Shown here one piece after another: positions 1 to 12,078 of a stretch of DNA of 64,000 nt. The notes beneath the pieces were generated by a model that made no database searches, was not told where the DNA came from, and worked only from the letters and a program-made list of their open reading frames with translations. The stretch is from Callorhinchus milii (lineage: Eukaryota): the NCBI RefSeq assembly GCF_018977255.1, contig NW_024704743.1, positions 43,092,001-43,156,000 on the forward strand, in the 5' to 3' direction. Each line of letters starts with the position of its first letter. Position 1 is the first letter of the stretch. Made by a program: the position numbers and the translations under genes.

Positions 1-2680
1 TTGACGAGTTAAAGAGTATGGCTTCCGTCTTGTCAACGTTCAGCTGAAGGAAATTTGCGCTGATCCATCCCCTGAGATCCGACAGGCAGGCTGACAGAAC
101 ATCAGGGGACTGGGGGTCGCAAAGAGAGGTGGAAAAATGGAGTTGGGTTTCATCTGTAGCTCAGTGGTTAGAGCACTCGCTTTGCAAGCGAGAGACCTGC
201 GTTCAATTCCAGGCAGAGGGCGAAACCTTGGGCAAGTTTCCTTACTCCACACACAGCCTAATAATAATCCCTCCAAAACCAAAAAAAACAATAATAAATT
301 GGTCATTTTCAATCTACGACTGTTTGTGGGACATTGCTGTGTGCAATTGGCTGCCGCGTTCGCCCACAAATATACAGTCAATTCACTTTACAGTGTGTTC
401 TGTGAAGCGCTTTGGGACGTCCTCCTGACGTGAAAAGCGCTATATCAAATACAAGGATTATTATTATTATTATCTGCATGTCTGTGGATGACATCCCCAA
501 GAGGGAGCATATAGATCAGAAAGAGGAGGGGGCCAAGGATGGATCCTTGGGGTACCCCGCAGGTGACCGGGTGAGAGCGGAACAAGAAGCCATTTGTGCA
601 GATGTACTGCTGGTGGTTTGCGAGGTAGGACTCAAACCAGGCGGGTGCGGTCCCACTGAGGTGGATGACGGAGGAAAGGCGATGGAGGAGGATGGCATGA
701 TCGATTGTGTCGAACGCGGCGGAGAGGTCCAGGAGAACAAGGAGGCAGAGGGAGCCCTAGTCACAGATAGAGAGGATGACTTTCACAAGCGCAGTCTCTG
801 TACTGTGGGACGGACGGAAATCAGATTTGAGGGGTTCGAAGAGGGAGTGGGAGGAGAGGTGTGCGCGGAGTTGATGGGCAACAACGCCTTCTAGAACTTT
901 TGAGAGGAAGGGCAGGTTAGAAATAGGGTGGTTGTGGCTGGGGTTTGAGGGATCTAGGGAGGGTTTTTTCAGGAGGGGGGTGATGACAGCAGTTTTGAGG
1001 GGGCAGAGTGATCTGGAGGGAGGGACTGGTTCATGACGTTAGCCAGTAGTGGGCAGAGGAGGGGGAGCTGGGTGGTGAAAAAAAGGATTTTAACGTTGTG
1101 TTTAGCCTCCAAGATGATGTTGGAGTAGAAAGCGTTTTTACGCGTGTCAAAGAATGATGGGAGCTGTAGAGATGCTCGAGCCACAGTTGCCGGTGAACTG
1201 TCAGGCCAGTTTTCCGCCATCTGCGCTCGAGCAGACGGGTTTGGGTATTTTGGCAGTGGAGATGGTTGTTGTACCAGGGGATTGGGTGGGTTTGGAGATG
1301 GTCCTGGATTTTAGGGGGACGAGAGAGTTGAAGGTGGAGGAGAGGCGATCATGGAGCAGCTGGACGCTGCTTCAGGATCTCCGTGGGTGGAAGGCCAGAG
1401 GGATAGGATGTTTGATGATGAGAGGGCCTTTGTGAGGGTCTCAGGGGATAGCCTTTTGCAAGGGCAGTCGAGGATGGTTGAGGACTTGGTGGAGGAGAGA
1501 GGGATGCGAGAGGAGAAGGAGATGAAAAAGTGGTACGAGATGGTCTTGTCCACTATGCTGAGGTCGGAAATGTCAAGGCCATGGGTGATGACAAGGTCAA
1601 GTGCATAACCACGGTTGTGGGTAGGTGGATTTATATGGAGGATAAGGTTTAGGGAGGAGAGGAGGCCAGTGAAATCGGCAGAAGTGGTGCAAGGGGAGTT
1701 CAGATGGAGGTTGAAATCGCCCATTATGAGCAGGCGTTCGGAGCAGAGGGACAGGGAAGAGAGGAGAGTAGAGATTTCTGTGTGAAAAGAGCCGGGGGCT
1801 TAGGGGAGCGGTAGACAAGGAGGATTTTCAAAGGGAGAGAGGAGTGGAAGAGGGTGAGGTGCTCGAAGGAGGGAAAGCAGCCAGAAGAGTAGGGGTTGAG
1901 ACCAAAGGAGGCTTTGGAAATGAAGGCCACCCCGCCGCCACGTTGGTTTGGACAGGGGGTGTGGTGGAAGATGTAGCCTGGAGGGGAGGCTTCCACTAGG
2001 GGTATGGGATCATTGGGGGAGAGATAGGTTTCGGTGAACCCAAGAATGTCAAGGTGCTCGTCCAGGATGAGGTCGTGGATGGTGAGGGCTTTGTTTGAGA
2101 GGGAATGGACATTTTGGAGGGAAATGCGGATGGGTTTGCTGGAGGGAGGGGAGGGAGGAGAGAGTGGTGCGGAAAGGATTTTGGGTTGTACGGGAGAGAT
2201 GGTTGGGGAAAGTGGTGTGAGTGGAGGATTGGGGAGGGTACATATGAGGGAGGGGGAGTTGGGTTTGCCTTAAGGAGGCGGTTTGAGCAGAGGGAGTGAA
2301 TGATTGGACACGTGGGGTTGCTGCTCTGGGACAGCCAGTGCCGGGAGCCTCGATGGGCCCGGCGGAGGATGCCCAGGCTGGAGCAGAGGGAAGTGGTGAT
2401 GGGGTCGAGGAGAGAGAGAAGGCGGGGAGGGCGGTGGGAGAGAAGGACAGAGGGGGAGTAGCAGTTAGAGGGGGTGGGAGGAGAGACATAGAAGGGGATG
2501 GGAGGAGAGACATTTAGAGTGGAGGGGGAAGGGGAGGCTCGGGTCGGGGCAGCAGCCAAAACGCGCACGCAGAGACCGGAAGCGAGCGATCAGCAGCATG
2601 GCATCAGCCCTCAGGCTCAGCCTCCCAGGTCATGGCCGGGATGGCAGTGCCAGGGGCCATTGTTGCTGTTGTTGCTGGTT
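1..2680 (-). mobile_element. Decayed L2 LINE with 5' region, APE endonuclease and part of RT; interrupted by a SINE
   Basis: Minus-strand frames give EASPPGY..RGGGVAFI, MGDFNLH and THNRGYALDLVI, plus remnants of RT motifs LDLSAAFDT and GVPQGSILGP at about 500-740. Confidence 0.9.
154..472 (+). mobile_element. tRNA-Ala-derived SINE, full length, short subfamily
   Basis: A box TAGCTCAGTGG, anticodon arm ctcgc-tttgcaa-gcgag, B box-like GTTCAATTCC, L2-like tail ending (ATT)n; inserted at the L2 YADD-coding region. Confidence 0.9.
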
Positions 2681-2823
2681 TTTTTGAAAAAAAAATGTCT
2701 TAAGTGTGACGTCACGCCAACGTCACTTTGTGAATCAGCTCCACCACGTCACCCCCCCCCCCCCCACCCCCGCGCTCTCCTACCTCCGCTCCCGAACTGT
2801 TGCTTTATAACCCTCTTGGACTA

Positions 2824-3013
2824 TAATAATAATAATCCTTGCATTTGATATAGCGCCTTATCACGTCTTTGAGACGTCTCAAAGCGCTTCACAAAATATA
2901 CTGTAAAGTGAATTGACTACATTTTGTTGGCAAAAGACGGCAGCTAATTGCACGCAGCAGTGCCCCGCAAACAGTCATGGATTCAGTCACCACATCTTTT
3001 TAAGGGATTATTA
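2824..3013 (-). mobile_element. SINE 3' half
   Basis: (AAT)n-CCTTGCATTTGATATAGCGCC tail and core. Confidence 0.85.
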
Positions 3014-3394
3014 CTTAGATTATTATTAAATGTAAATGGCCATTCTGTTCACAACAATTGGAATTATACTGATGAATTTTTGCCCTTCAGCACTCCAAAA
3101 AAAGTATTTTATTATCTTAACAAACTATTCAATTGCACATATCATGATGGCAAGCCAAGGCACAACTACAAAGTATACAAACACAACATAAGAACCACAC
3201 AGCATACCAATTACTTAGGGACACTTGTAAACTTGGTTGGTGCTGGCACCTTTTCAACTACAATTTGGACCAGCGCATAATAAGTGGGCCATAGTTAGAA
3301 AGAAGTTTCAGCAGGAATTTAACACCAGCATGGATTTAAATTCCACAGAACATTTAAAGCTCCATTCATGCTCCATCCCCACTAGACTGGGTTA

Positions 3395-3713
3395 TAATAA
3401 TAATAATAATCCTTGCATTTGATATAGCGCTTTTCACGTCGGGAGGACGTCCCAAAGCGCTTCACAGAATACACTGTAAAGTGAATTGACTGTATATTTG
3501 TGGGCGAACGCGGCAGCCAATTGCGCACAGCAATGTCCCACAAACATTCGTAGATTGAAAATGACTAATTTATTATTGTTTTTGGTTTTGGAGGGATTAT
3601 TATTAGGCTCTGTGTGGAGTAAGGAAACTTGCCCAAGGTTTCGCCCTCTGCCTGGAATTGAACTCAGGTCTCTCACTTGCAAAGCGAGTGCTCTAACCAC
3701 TGAGCTACAGGAC
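3395..3713 (-). mobile_element. tRNA-Ala SINE, full length
   Basis: Near-identical reverse complement of 154-472. Confidence 0.92.
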
Positions 3714-4204
3714 TTAACCCAAGACGAAATAGCTCCTGCTCCTGCTCTGAAGACCATTATCATAAAATTCAAGATCATTCAAAATTTTGGAAAAAATATA
3801 TTAAATTTATTTGACAACTGCCAAATAGCTTGATTTCTGCAGTATCCAAAAATAAAGCTGTAAAGTTATATTTCAAATTATGATCAAATTTAAAACCATT
3901 CAAAAGTGCCACATGACACATGATCCTAAATTTTAAGACAATGTTTCTAATTTAAGACTATGAGACCTTTCTGGCTTTTGTTGATGTAATCCAGGTTGAA
4001 CAATTGAATTTTTATGAGCACACGGAGTGGAATTTCCCCATGTGTATCGCCAAGAGACTTCACCTGTGTATTTGAATAATTTTTAATACATAACAGACTA
4101 TTTAAGATGAACAATTAAAGCATGAGAGAACAGGTGGCGGGTTATAGGAGGATACAGGAGAAAAGAATCAATTACTATATAGATTATGGATGGAATAATA
4201 TAGA

Positions 4205-4380
4205 TCATTCACTTCATGGCTGTTTGTGGGACATTACTATGTGCAAATTCGTTGACTGTTGGCCGACAAATAATAGTCACTATACTTCATAATAAAAATC
4301 CTCTCAAAAACTTTGAGATATTAAAGATAATCCTTCTGACGTAAAAGGCAATGCAGTATATCAAGTGCAAGGATTATTAT
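4205..4380 (+). mobile_element. Degenerate SINE 3' half
   Basis: ctgtttgtgggacatt...tgcaaggattattat. Confidence 0.65.
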
Positions 4381-4444
4381 GATTCAAATTCAATTAATTT
4401 ATAATGTGCGATGGAGGTCAACAGCCAGGTCAACAACACCAGCA

Positions 4445-7330
4445 TGACTTCAAATTCCAAAAAAAGAACATTTAAAGCCCAATTCATGCCCCCTCTCCCT
4501 CCCCCAACAGAGAGAGTTCCAGAGTTTTGGGGTGAAGTGGTTGAAGGCACAGCCACCAATGGTGGAATGGAGGGCAATGAGGGACATATAGGAGGTCGGA
4601 GCTAGTCGAGCGGAGGCAACAGGTAGTGGAGTGGGGGTTACGTAGGTTATCCTTCTACTCCAGGATAATCCTGGAGGCGAAGAACAACCCCAGGCTACTG
4701 TTTTCCACCACAACCCGACTCCTCCGTCCCCCCCGCCACCCCGCGCAGGTCATCTCCTCCAACCTTCACTGCGAGGAGATGCTGGATTTCCTTGAATCCA
4801 AAATCAAGGGAATTCGCTCCGCGGTCACTTCCCCTCCAACATCCACCACCCCCTCACTCCCACACTCCGACTGCTGCCCATCGTCCCCTACTCACTTTTG
4901 TACCCGTTTCCCCACCCTCTGTCACCAAACTCATCCTATCCCTGAAACCAACCACCTGCTCCCTTGACCCCATCCCCACTCCACTCCTTATCTCCCAGCT
5001 CCACTTTCTTGCCCCACATATCACCGACATCATCAACCTGTCCCTCTCCTCTGGCTCTGTCCCCATTCCCTTAAAAACTGCCACCATCACACCCACCCTG
5101 AAAAAACCCTCCCTTGATGCGTCGCAGCTATCAAGCTACCGGCCCATCTCCAACCTCCCCTTTCTCTCCAAGGTCCTGGAAAGAGTTGTCGCCTCCCAAC
5201 TGCGCTCTTTCCTTTCCACCCATTCACTTTTCGAACCCCTTCAGTCAGGTTTCCGTGCTGCCCATAGCACAGAAACTGCCCTGGTCAAGGTCACCAATGA
5301 TATCCTGACCATCTGTGACCAGGGCTCCCTCTGCCTCCTCGTCCTCCTCGACCTATCGGCAGCATTCGATACGGTCGACCACGCTATCCTACTCCACCGC
5401 TTGTCCTCCCACCTCAACCTTCAAGGCACTGTCCTTGAGTGGTTTAGGTCGTACCTTTCTCACCGTCTTCACTTTGTCTCGACGAATGGCTTCTCCTCCA
5501 CCCCCCGTACTGTCTCATGTGGTGTCCCTCAGGGCTCTGTCCTCGGTCCCCTCCTCTTCACCCTCTATATGCTCCCCCTCGGTGACATCATCCGCAGACA
5601 TGGAGTTAACTTCCACATGTATGCGGATGACACCCAACTCTACCTTTCCTCCTCTACTCTCAACTCCACGACCACCGATGTCCTGACAGCCTGCCTGTCC
5701 GACATCGAGTCCTGGACGAGAGACAACTTTCTTCAGCTCAACGTGCGAAAAACCGAGGCCCTCCTGATTGGCTCACGTCAGCGCCTCCGCACCTCAGGCG
5801 CCGAAACCATCAGCATCCAAGGCTGCACTCTCCACCTCTCAAAGCCAGTCAGGAACCTCGGGGTTCTGTTCGACCCTGAGCTGTCCTTTCTCCCTCACAT
5901 CCGCACCACAACTGGCACCGCCTTCCATCACCTCCGGAACATCGCCAGACTACGGCATTACCTCACCCCTCACGCTGCTGAAACCCTGGTCCACGCCTTT
6001 GTCACCTCAAGGCTGGACTATGGGAACTCTCTCCTCGCCGGCCTTCCCGCCACCTCCCTCCACAAGCTGCAGGTCATTCAGAACTCTGCAGCTCGTGTAC
6101 TGTCCCGCACCAGGCTTCGGGAACACATCACTCCCACCCTCGCTCGCCTCCACTGGCTCCCCATCCCCCAGAGGATCGAATTCAAGATCCTCATCCTCAC
6201 CTACAAGGCCATTCACGGCCTTGCTCCCTCCTACCTCTCCAACCTACTATTCCCCTACTTACCTGCCCGTACCCTCCGTTCCTCCGGCTCCAGTCTGCTC
6301 CACATCCCTCGCCCCAACCGTCCTACCATCGGTGGTCGGGCCTTCAGCCTCTCAGCCCCGAGGCTCTGGAACTCTATCCCCCAGTGCCTTCGCCGCCTCC
6401 TCCCTTTCCTCCTTCAAGGCCGGTCTCAAAACCTTTCTCTTTGACCGAGCCTTCAGCTCCCCTCTCGACTCTCTTCCCCCTCCTCGCTCCTTCCCTCCCC
6501 TCACCCTGACCATTTCCCCCCTGCTCGGGTCATGACCCAACTGTGCAGCGCCTTGGGACGTCCTCCTGACGTGAAAGGCGCTTTATAAATGGAATCTTGT
6601 TGTTGTTGTTGTTGTTGTTGGATAGGTAGAGAGGTGCGAGGGCATGAAGAGAGTTGAAAATGAGTGAGAGGATCTTGAAATCGATCCGTTTGGTAATTGG
6701 GAGTCAGTGGAGCCTGGCAAGGACTGGTGTGATGTGCAGAGGTTTGTGCGTGTGAGTATCCGAGTGGCAGAATTTTAAATTAATTGAATTTTGTGTATGG
6801 TGGAGCTGAGAAGACCAGAGAGGAGGGCATTGGAATAATCCAGCCAGGAAGTGACGAAGGCATGGACGAAGGTTTCAGCTGCGTTGGTTGTGAGATATGA
6901 ACGGAGGCGGGCAGGGTGTCAGAGATGTAAAAAAGCAGTCCTGCTTAGCGAGCGGATGTTTGGTAGAAGTAGAGAGTTCGAGTAGGGAGTGGAGGACTGT
7001 GCGGGAGCGAAGTTGGTTTGCAACAACGTGTTCCAGGGCTTTGGCCAGGTAGGGCAGGTTTGAAATGGGATGGTAGTGGACGAGGTTGAAGGGATCGAGA
7101 ATAGGTTTTTCAAGGAAGGGAGAGATGACTGAGCCTGAGGAGAGAGATTGGTTTATGGTATCTGCCAACAGAGGAGGGGGAGTTGAGTGACCAGCAGCTA
7201 GGTAGGGAGGGGGTCGAGGTAGCAGGTAATGGGTTTCATCTGGGTGATGGAGGATGAGAGGGAGGAAGGAGAGATGGGGACAAAGGAGTGTAGGTTGGGG
7301 CCCGTGTGAGGAGCCGTGGGAGGAGTGGGT
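4445..7330 (-). mobile_element. Old L2 fragment (4445-4648 plus 6620-7330) split by a younger L2
   Basis: TIGGCAFNHFTPKLWNSL and PISNLPYLAKALEHVVANQL in minus frames; the two flanks rejoin across the insertion. Confidence 0.8.
4649..6619 (+). mobile_element. Young 5'-truncated L2 LINE with uninterrupted RT domain
   Basis: ORF 4792..6444 contains [39 protein letters not shown] and YADDTQ; frameshifts near 4870 and 6394; 3' stem-loop and (GTT)n tail. Confidence 0.95.
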
Positions 7331-7332
7331 GA

Positions 7333-7815
7333 TTTTTTTTGGAAAATATATATTTATTTATAAATATAATATTTGGTACAACAGAAATCCAAAACAAATA
7401 CAACATCTTCTGTTACAATTTTTTTTCCTTTTCCCCCAATATAAAAACACATTCCGTTGTTTACGGTGCATCCCTTCCCCGCACATAGATTGTGCACATG
7501 TTTTTTGGGACGTTCCCTTTAACACAGTCGGGAGTCACCCCCTTGTACACCACATCCACGTGCGTGCCCGCACACACCCTGATAAGGCGCACTTGCCGCT
7601 TTGGGAAGGCACCCTGATAAGGCGCACTTGCCGCTTTGGGAAGGCACCCTGATAAGGCGCACTTGCCGCTTTGGGAAGGTGTGTACCGTACGTACACATG
7701 TTTACCTTATGTACATTTTTGGGACGCTCTTTGGTTACATCTCGAGTGTCCTTCTGTACCTTTACTTCAGTCAGTTCTGGGTGCCTCGTGGGCTACCCAA
7801 TGAGTGCGCCTGAAC
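7333..7815 (-). mobile_element. Probable L1/Tx1-type LINE 3'UTR fragment
   Basis: Minus strand ends AATAAATATATATTTTCC-A8; CpG-retaining sequence abutting an old L2; no coding part seen. Confidence 0.5.
7575..7679. repeat. Perfect tandem repeat, 3 x 35 bp
   Basis: caccctgataaggcgcacttgccgctttgggaagg at 7575, 7610 and 7645. Confidence 0.97.
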
Positions 7816-9490
7816 CCAATGGGAGGGGTGTTGGGGGATATAGAGCAGGAGGAGAACGTTATCTATCTTGTAGATAGAGAAATCCAAGACCACTTCACAC
7901 TTGGCATAGAGTGGTTGAGGGCAGGATCCTGAAATAATTTGTTCAGGAAGGATGAAATCAGATAGCTCTAAGGAATCTCTTATTGATTTTGTGAAGTTAC
8001 CAGCAAGGAGGTCACAGCTACTGATAAGAAAGCAGAAAAGAGTATTCTATGTATTGTTAGTCTGACAAAAGCTAGGAACAGCCTCAGGTATAAATGAACT
8101 GTAATGGCTTGTTCCTGATAGGTATAATGATGTAAATTTTTTGTTCAAAACAACATTTAGAAAGGTTACGGATAATTGAGTTGTGCAAACCACAATTTGA
8201 ACTGGCATTGAGACATTAACAGAAAATTGCATAATCTGAACCCTTGGCAGGTATTTGTAAAGTGCCAGGCACATGTGAATTTATCACAAGCCAAGCAGAC
8301 GGGTCTCGTATTGCAAGACTCATCATTGTAAATTTGCTTTGTTCTCAACATCTGTGCACTCAAGCACCAGGATCAGCGGTTGATCGAGCACTTGCGTTAA
8401 CACTGATCTGTGTATCTTGAGCAATGCCAGAAGCGCTGGATGAGCTGCTTATTATATAACCTGAGCTGTCAGAGCTTGTAAAATGAGCACCTCAGGGCAG
8501 TAGGTGAGCTCTGAAGAGTTGTGGCAGTTAAGCTGTGCTATGCAAAACAGTTAAATTGGGTGTGTATTATGCAAATTGTTCAATGAAAGTTTAAATGTGA
8601 CTATAAACTGCCTCCCAACTTTTCAGGTTTATAATGACTTCTGAGTGTGGTAATGACTGTGAAGGTTGCCACTGACGTTATGAAACCAGAAAGCCACCAA
8701 GTCTCTATTTTTATTATTGTTGTTAGGGACTGACGTTTGGCCCATCCAGCTGTGAGTCAATGTCTAGCGCTGTGAGCCCGGGAGTGAACCTGTCAATACT
8801 CATATTTTACCTTGGTCACTGCGTGAGCTGACAAGCACCAACACTTGTGTATTCCTTTGCTTATTTAGTGTAACCAGGAGAGGTTTTAATCTAAAACATT
8901 CTTAAGGACCCCGAATTTAAGTGAGAAAGCTTTATTTTCCTATGCAGTTTTAAACAGCATGGATATATATGTCAATCCATGATGATAATAATAATGCTTG
9001 CCTTTGATATTGCGCCTTTCACGTTGGGTGAATGTATCAAAATGCTTCACATGATTTGTAATATGAAGAGGAACTCTTTTTATATCTAAAATATATTTTC
9101 TTCACCAGGATGACTGGATTAATTCACAAGTATTATTATACAGCGGACATATTCATTTAGATTTATTTGCAGAAATACCATGGTAACATAGTAGAATGCA
9201 GGTTATAAAAGAGACTGGAAGCTCCAGCAGGTTATGTGAGCATCAGTGTAGGGTGGGAAAGAAGGGAACACCAATAGATGCAGCACAGGTGTAGGGTACT
9301 TACTCCTTCAATCAAAGAGCTGAGTATGTAAACACAGATTATGTATTAGCAGTGATTCTGGGAGGCAGAGAAATGGGGATTTTTATATGCGGAGAGGGAC
9401 AATATATAGCAGAGTGGATGAAAAGATTTATTTCCCCCTGTAATGCTGAGTTTGTAAATTCAGGACTGCTGCTCGAGCATGCACTGGTTG

Positions 9491-9863
9491 ATAATAATAA
9501 TCCTTGCATTTGATATAGCGCCTTATCACGTCTTCGAAACGTCTTAGAGCTTTGCAGAATGTACTGTAAAGTGAATTGACTGTATATTTTATGGGCGAAT
9601 CGTGGCAGCCAATTGCACACAGCAGTGTCCCACAAACAGTCGTGGGCTGAGTGACCAATTTATTACTTGTTTTAAATTTTTTGAAGGAATTATTACCCCC
9701 AGAAAAGCAATCCGCCAATCGACCAACATCTGGGTTCCTACTTACCGCTGGGTAAACAGAGGCGTGTGGAGTGAGGAAACTTCCCCAATGTTTCGCCCTG
9801 CCGGGAATCAAACCCAGGTCTCTCGCTTGCGAGGCAAGTGCTCCAACCACTGAGCTACAGGAC
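9491..9863 (-). mobile_element. tRNA-Ala SINE, full length, long subfamily
   Basis: Head with CGC anticodon loop; extra middle segment gcctctgtttacccagcggtaagtaggaaccc; (ATT)n tail. Confidence 0.92.
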
Positions 9864-10184
9864 TTCATAATGGGGAGAAATTCCACCGGGTCTAGATTTA
9901 CTCTATTTACATCGCATCATTTTAGTCAAGAATTTAGCAAATTATTGAATACAGCCATAATTTTCTGTAAGTTCTTTGAACAATTTCTGAGGCGGAATTT
10001 CTCCTAAGGGAAGCCAGGAAAGAGTGGAAATCTAAGGCAGAGCAGTCATCACAAGGCTCTTCCTGTACATCTCTAAGCATCATTGACAGAGCCATCTAAC
10101 AAGTGAGCAGCATCAGTTGTGTACACTGCACTCTGACATTGAGGATGAAACAGCACCAGTTGCATTTGCAGTAGAGACCTTGGG

Positions 10185-11136
10185 AAGCTCTCCTGATTGG
10201 CTCCCGTCAGCGCCTCCTCACCTCACAGCATCACCATCCATGGTTACACACTCCACCTTATTGAGTCAGTCCAGAACCTTGGGGTCTTGTTTGACCCTCA
10301 ATTATCCTTTCTACCCCACATCCATGCCATGACCCACTCTGCCTTCCCCCACCTTCGCAATGTCGCCCAGCTCTGCCACTGTCTCATACATACATACACA
10401 CACACACACACATACATACATACATACATACATACATACATACATACATACATACATACATACATACATACATACATACATACACACATACATACATACA
10501 TACATACATACATACATACATACATACATAAACCCTCATTCATGCTTTCATTACATCGAGGCTTGACTATGCAAACTCATTGCTTGTTGGCCTCTCCAAC
10601 TCCTCCCTCCACAGGCTGCAGATCATCCAGAACTCTGCAGCCCATGTCCTCGCCCGCACCAGGCTCCGTGACCCTATTACCCCCATCCTCGCCCGACTCC
10701 ACTGGCTTCCCATCACACAGAGGATACAGTTCAAGATCCTGGTCCTCACCTTCAAAGCCCTTCACGGTCTTGCTCCTCCCTACCTCCTAACCCTCTGCCA
10801 TCCTGTTCGCTCCCTCCGCTCAGCGGGCTCCTGCCTGCTTCATGTCCCCTGCCTTTCTTGCCTCACTATTGGCAGGCCTTCCGCCACTTTGCCCCCACCC
10901 TCTGGAACTCCATCCCGTATTCCCTTCGTCTCGCCCCCTCCCTTGCCTGCTTCAAGACCCATCTCAAGACCCTCCCCTTCAACCGTGCTTTTGATCTCCC
11001 TGCTTCCCCCCCGCCCTCCACTCTCAACCACCCCTACCCCCAGCTCAAGTCCGTAACTCTGACTGTCCAGCGCCTTGGGACGTCCTCCTGACGTGAAAGG
11101 CGCTTTACAAATGTAATTTTGTTGTTGTTGTTGTTG
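10185..11136 (+). mobile_element. L2 3' fragment
   Basis: [28 protein letters not shown]; (GTT)n tail. Confidence 0.9.
10387..10530. repeat. (TACA)n/(CA)n microsatellite inside L2
   Basis: Read directly. Confidence 0.97.
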
Positions 11137-11416
11137 TATATTTTAGCCCTGGGAGCTACCCAATCTGGATTCATTGGATTAATACGCGAGGTTTCCCCAA
11201 GTGGCAGTTTGTATTGCACACTTGGGTGCATGTCTTCAGAGGTGCCTGGTGACAAGAGACAGAAGCAGACCTTTAAATAAGACGTACGGAGTAAGAGATC
11301 CCAATAAGCTTGGAAAAGGAGAAAATGTTCACAGAAAGAGAGGGATCCTCAATGCACCAAATAAGTGATATACTCAAGAACATAATATAAAATATAACAT
11401 ACAAGCAAATTATAAA

Positions 11417-11578
11417 ATAATAACAATAATCCTTGCATTTGATATAGCGCCTTATCACGCCTTCAAGATGTCTCAAAGCGCTTCACAGAGTATACTGTAA
11501 AGTGAATTGACTGTATATTTTGAGGGCGAACCGCGGCAGCCAATTGCGCACAGCAGTGTCCCCACAAACAGCCGTGGA
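11417..11578 (-). mobile_element. SINE 3' half
   Basis: Tail and core match the full-length copies. Confidence 0.85.
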
Positions 11579-11739
11579 GATACCTGCTTTTTTCACAGTT
11601 CTGTGAGGCAGGCAATGATTTCTAAAAACAAAACCGAAGCATTATTTTTTTTCAAAAACAACAAAAAAAAATGATTATGAGCAGGGAGCTTCTAGAGCTG
11701 GAATGGAGGTGATCTCAAAGGATCCCATGTTGTGACAGT

Positions 11740-11994
11740 GTCGTGTTACCAGCTCACAAACTTCCACAAAGTCCAGCCCAAGTCAACACTTTACAAAACC
11801 ACAAGGCGATATTAAACACCCAGATCCTCCCTCCCTCAGCACAGCACAGCCTCGCCAATCGCTGTCCCCACTGTGTGTATGTGAGAGAGAGAGAGAGAGA
11901 GAAGAGAGCCTGTGCTGCAAAGTAAGTGAGGAACAAGTGCATTTGCAGAAGTTTTTTTTATTATCTGTGTCCTGTTCCCAGGCAGATCCAAAGC
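11740..11994 (+). promoter_or_regulatory. Putative promoter/5'UTR of the RANK-like gene
   Basis: Unique sequence just upstream of the ATG; RUNX-type AACCACA at 11797-11803, (GA)n at about 11882-11908, GAGGAA core near 11928. Confidence 0.35.
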
Positions 11995-12078
11995 ATGCAA
12001 CTGTGTCGATCAATCCTTTTGGTCTTCCACAAATGGACTGCGATCTGGATTCTCTCTGTCCTCGCCCTCACTACACAT
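11995..12078 (+). CDS. tnfrsf11a: RANK-like coding exon 1, signal peptide [28 protein letters not shown]
   Basis: ATG at 11995, hydrophobic core WILSVLAL, donor CAT|GTAAGT; phase 0 fits exon 2. Confidence 0.8.

Noticed and set aside
154..225. tRNA-Ala genes at the SINE heads
   Set aside because: They run directly into the SINE body and tail and recur in many diverged copies; not tRNA genes.
4792..6444. 550-aa ORF as a host or domesticated gene
   Set aside because: It is the RT region of a 5'-truncated L2 with flanking frameshifts and an intact LINE tail.
7575..7679. Hammerhead ribozyme or CRISPR repeat
   Set aside because: CTGATAA is not the CUGANGA core, there is no GAAA partner, and there are no spacers.
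10197..10790. HTYI/MYVC repeat ORFs
   Set aside because: (TACA)n microsatellite inside an L2 fragment.
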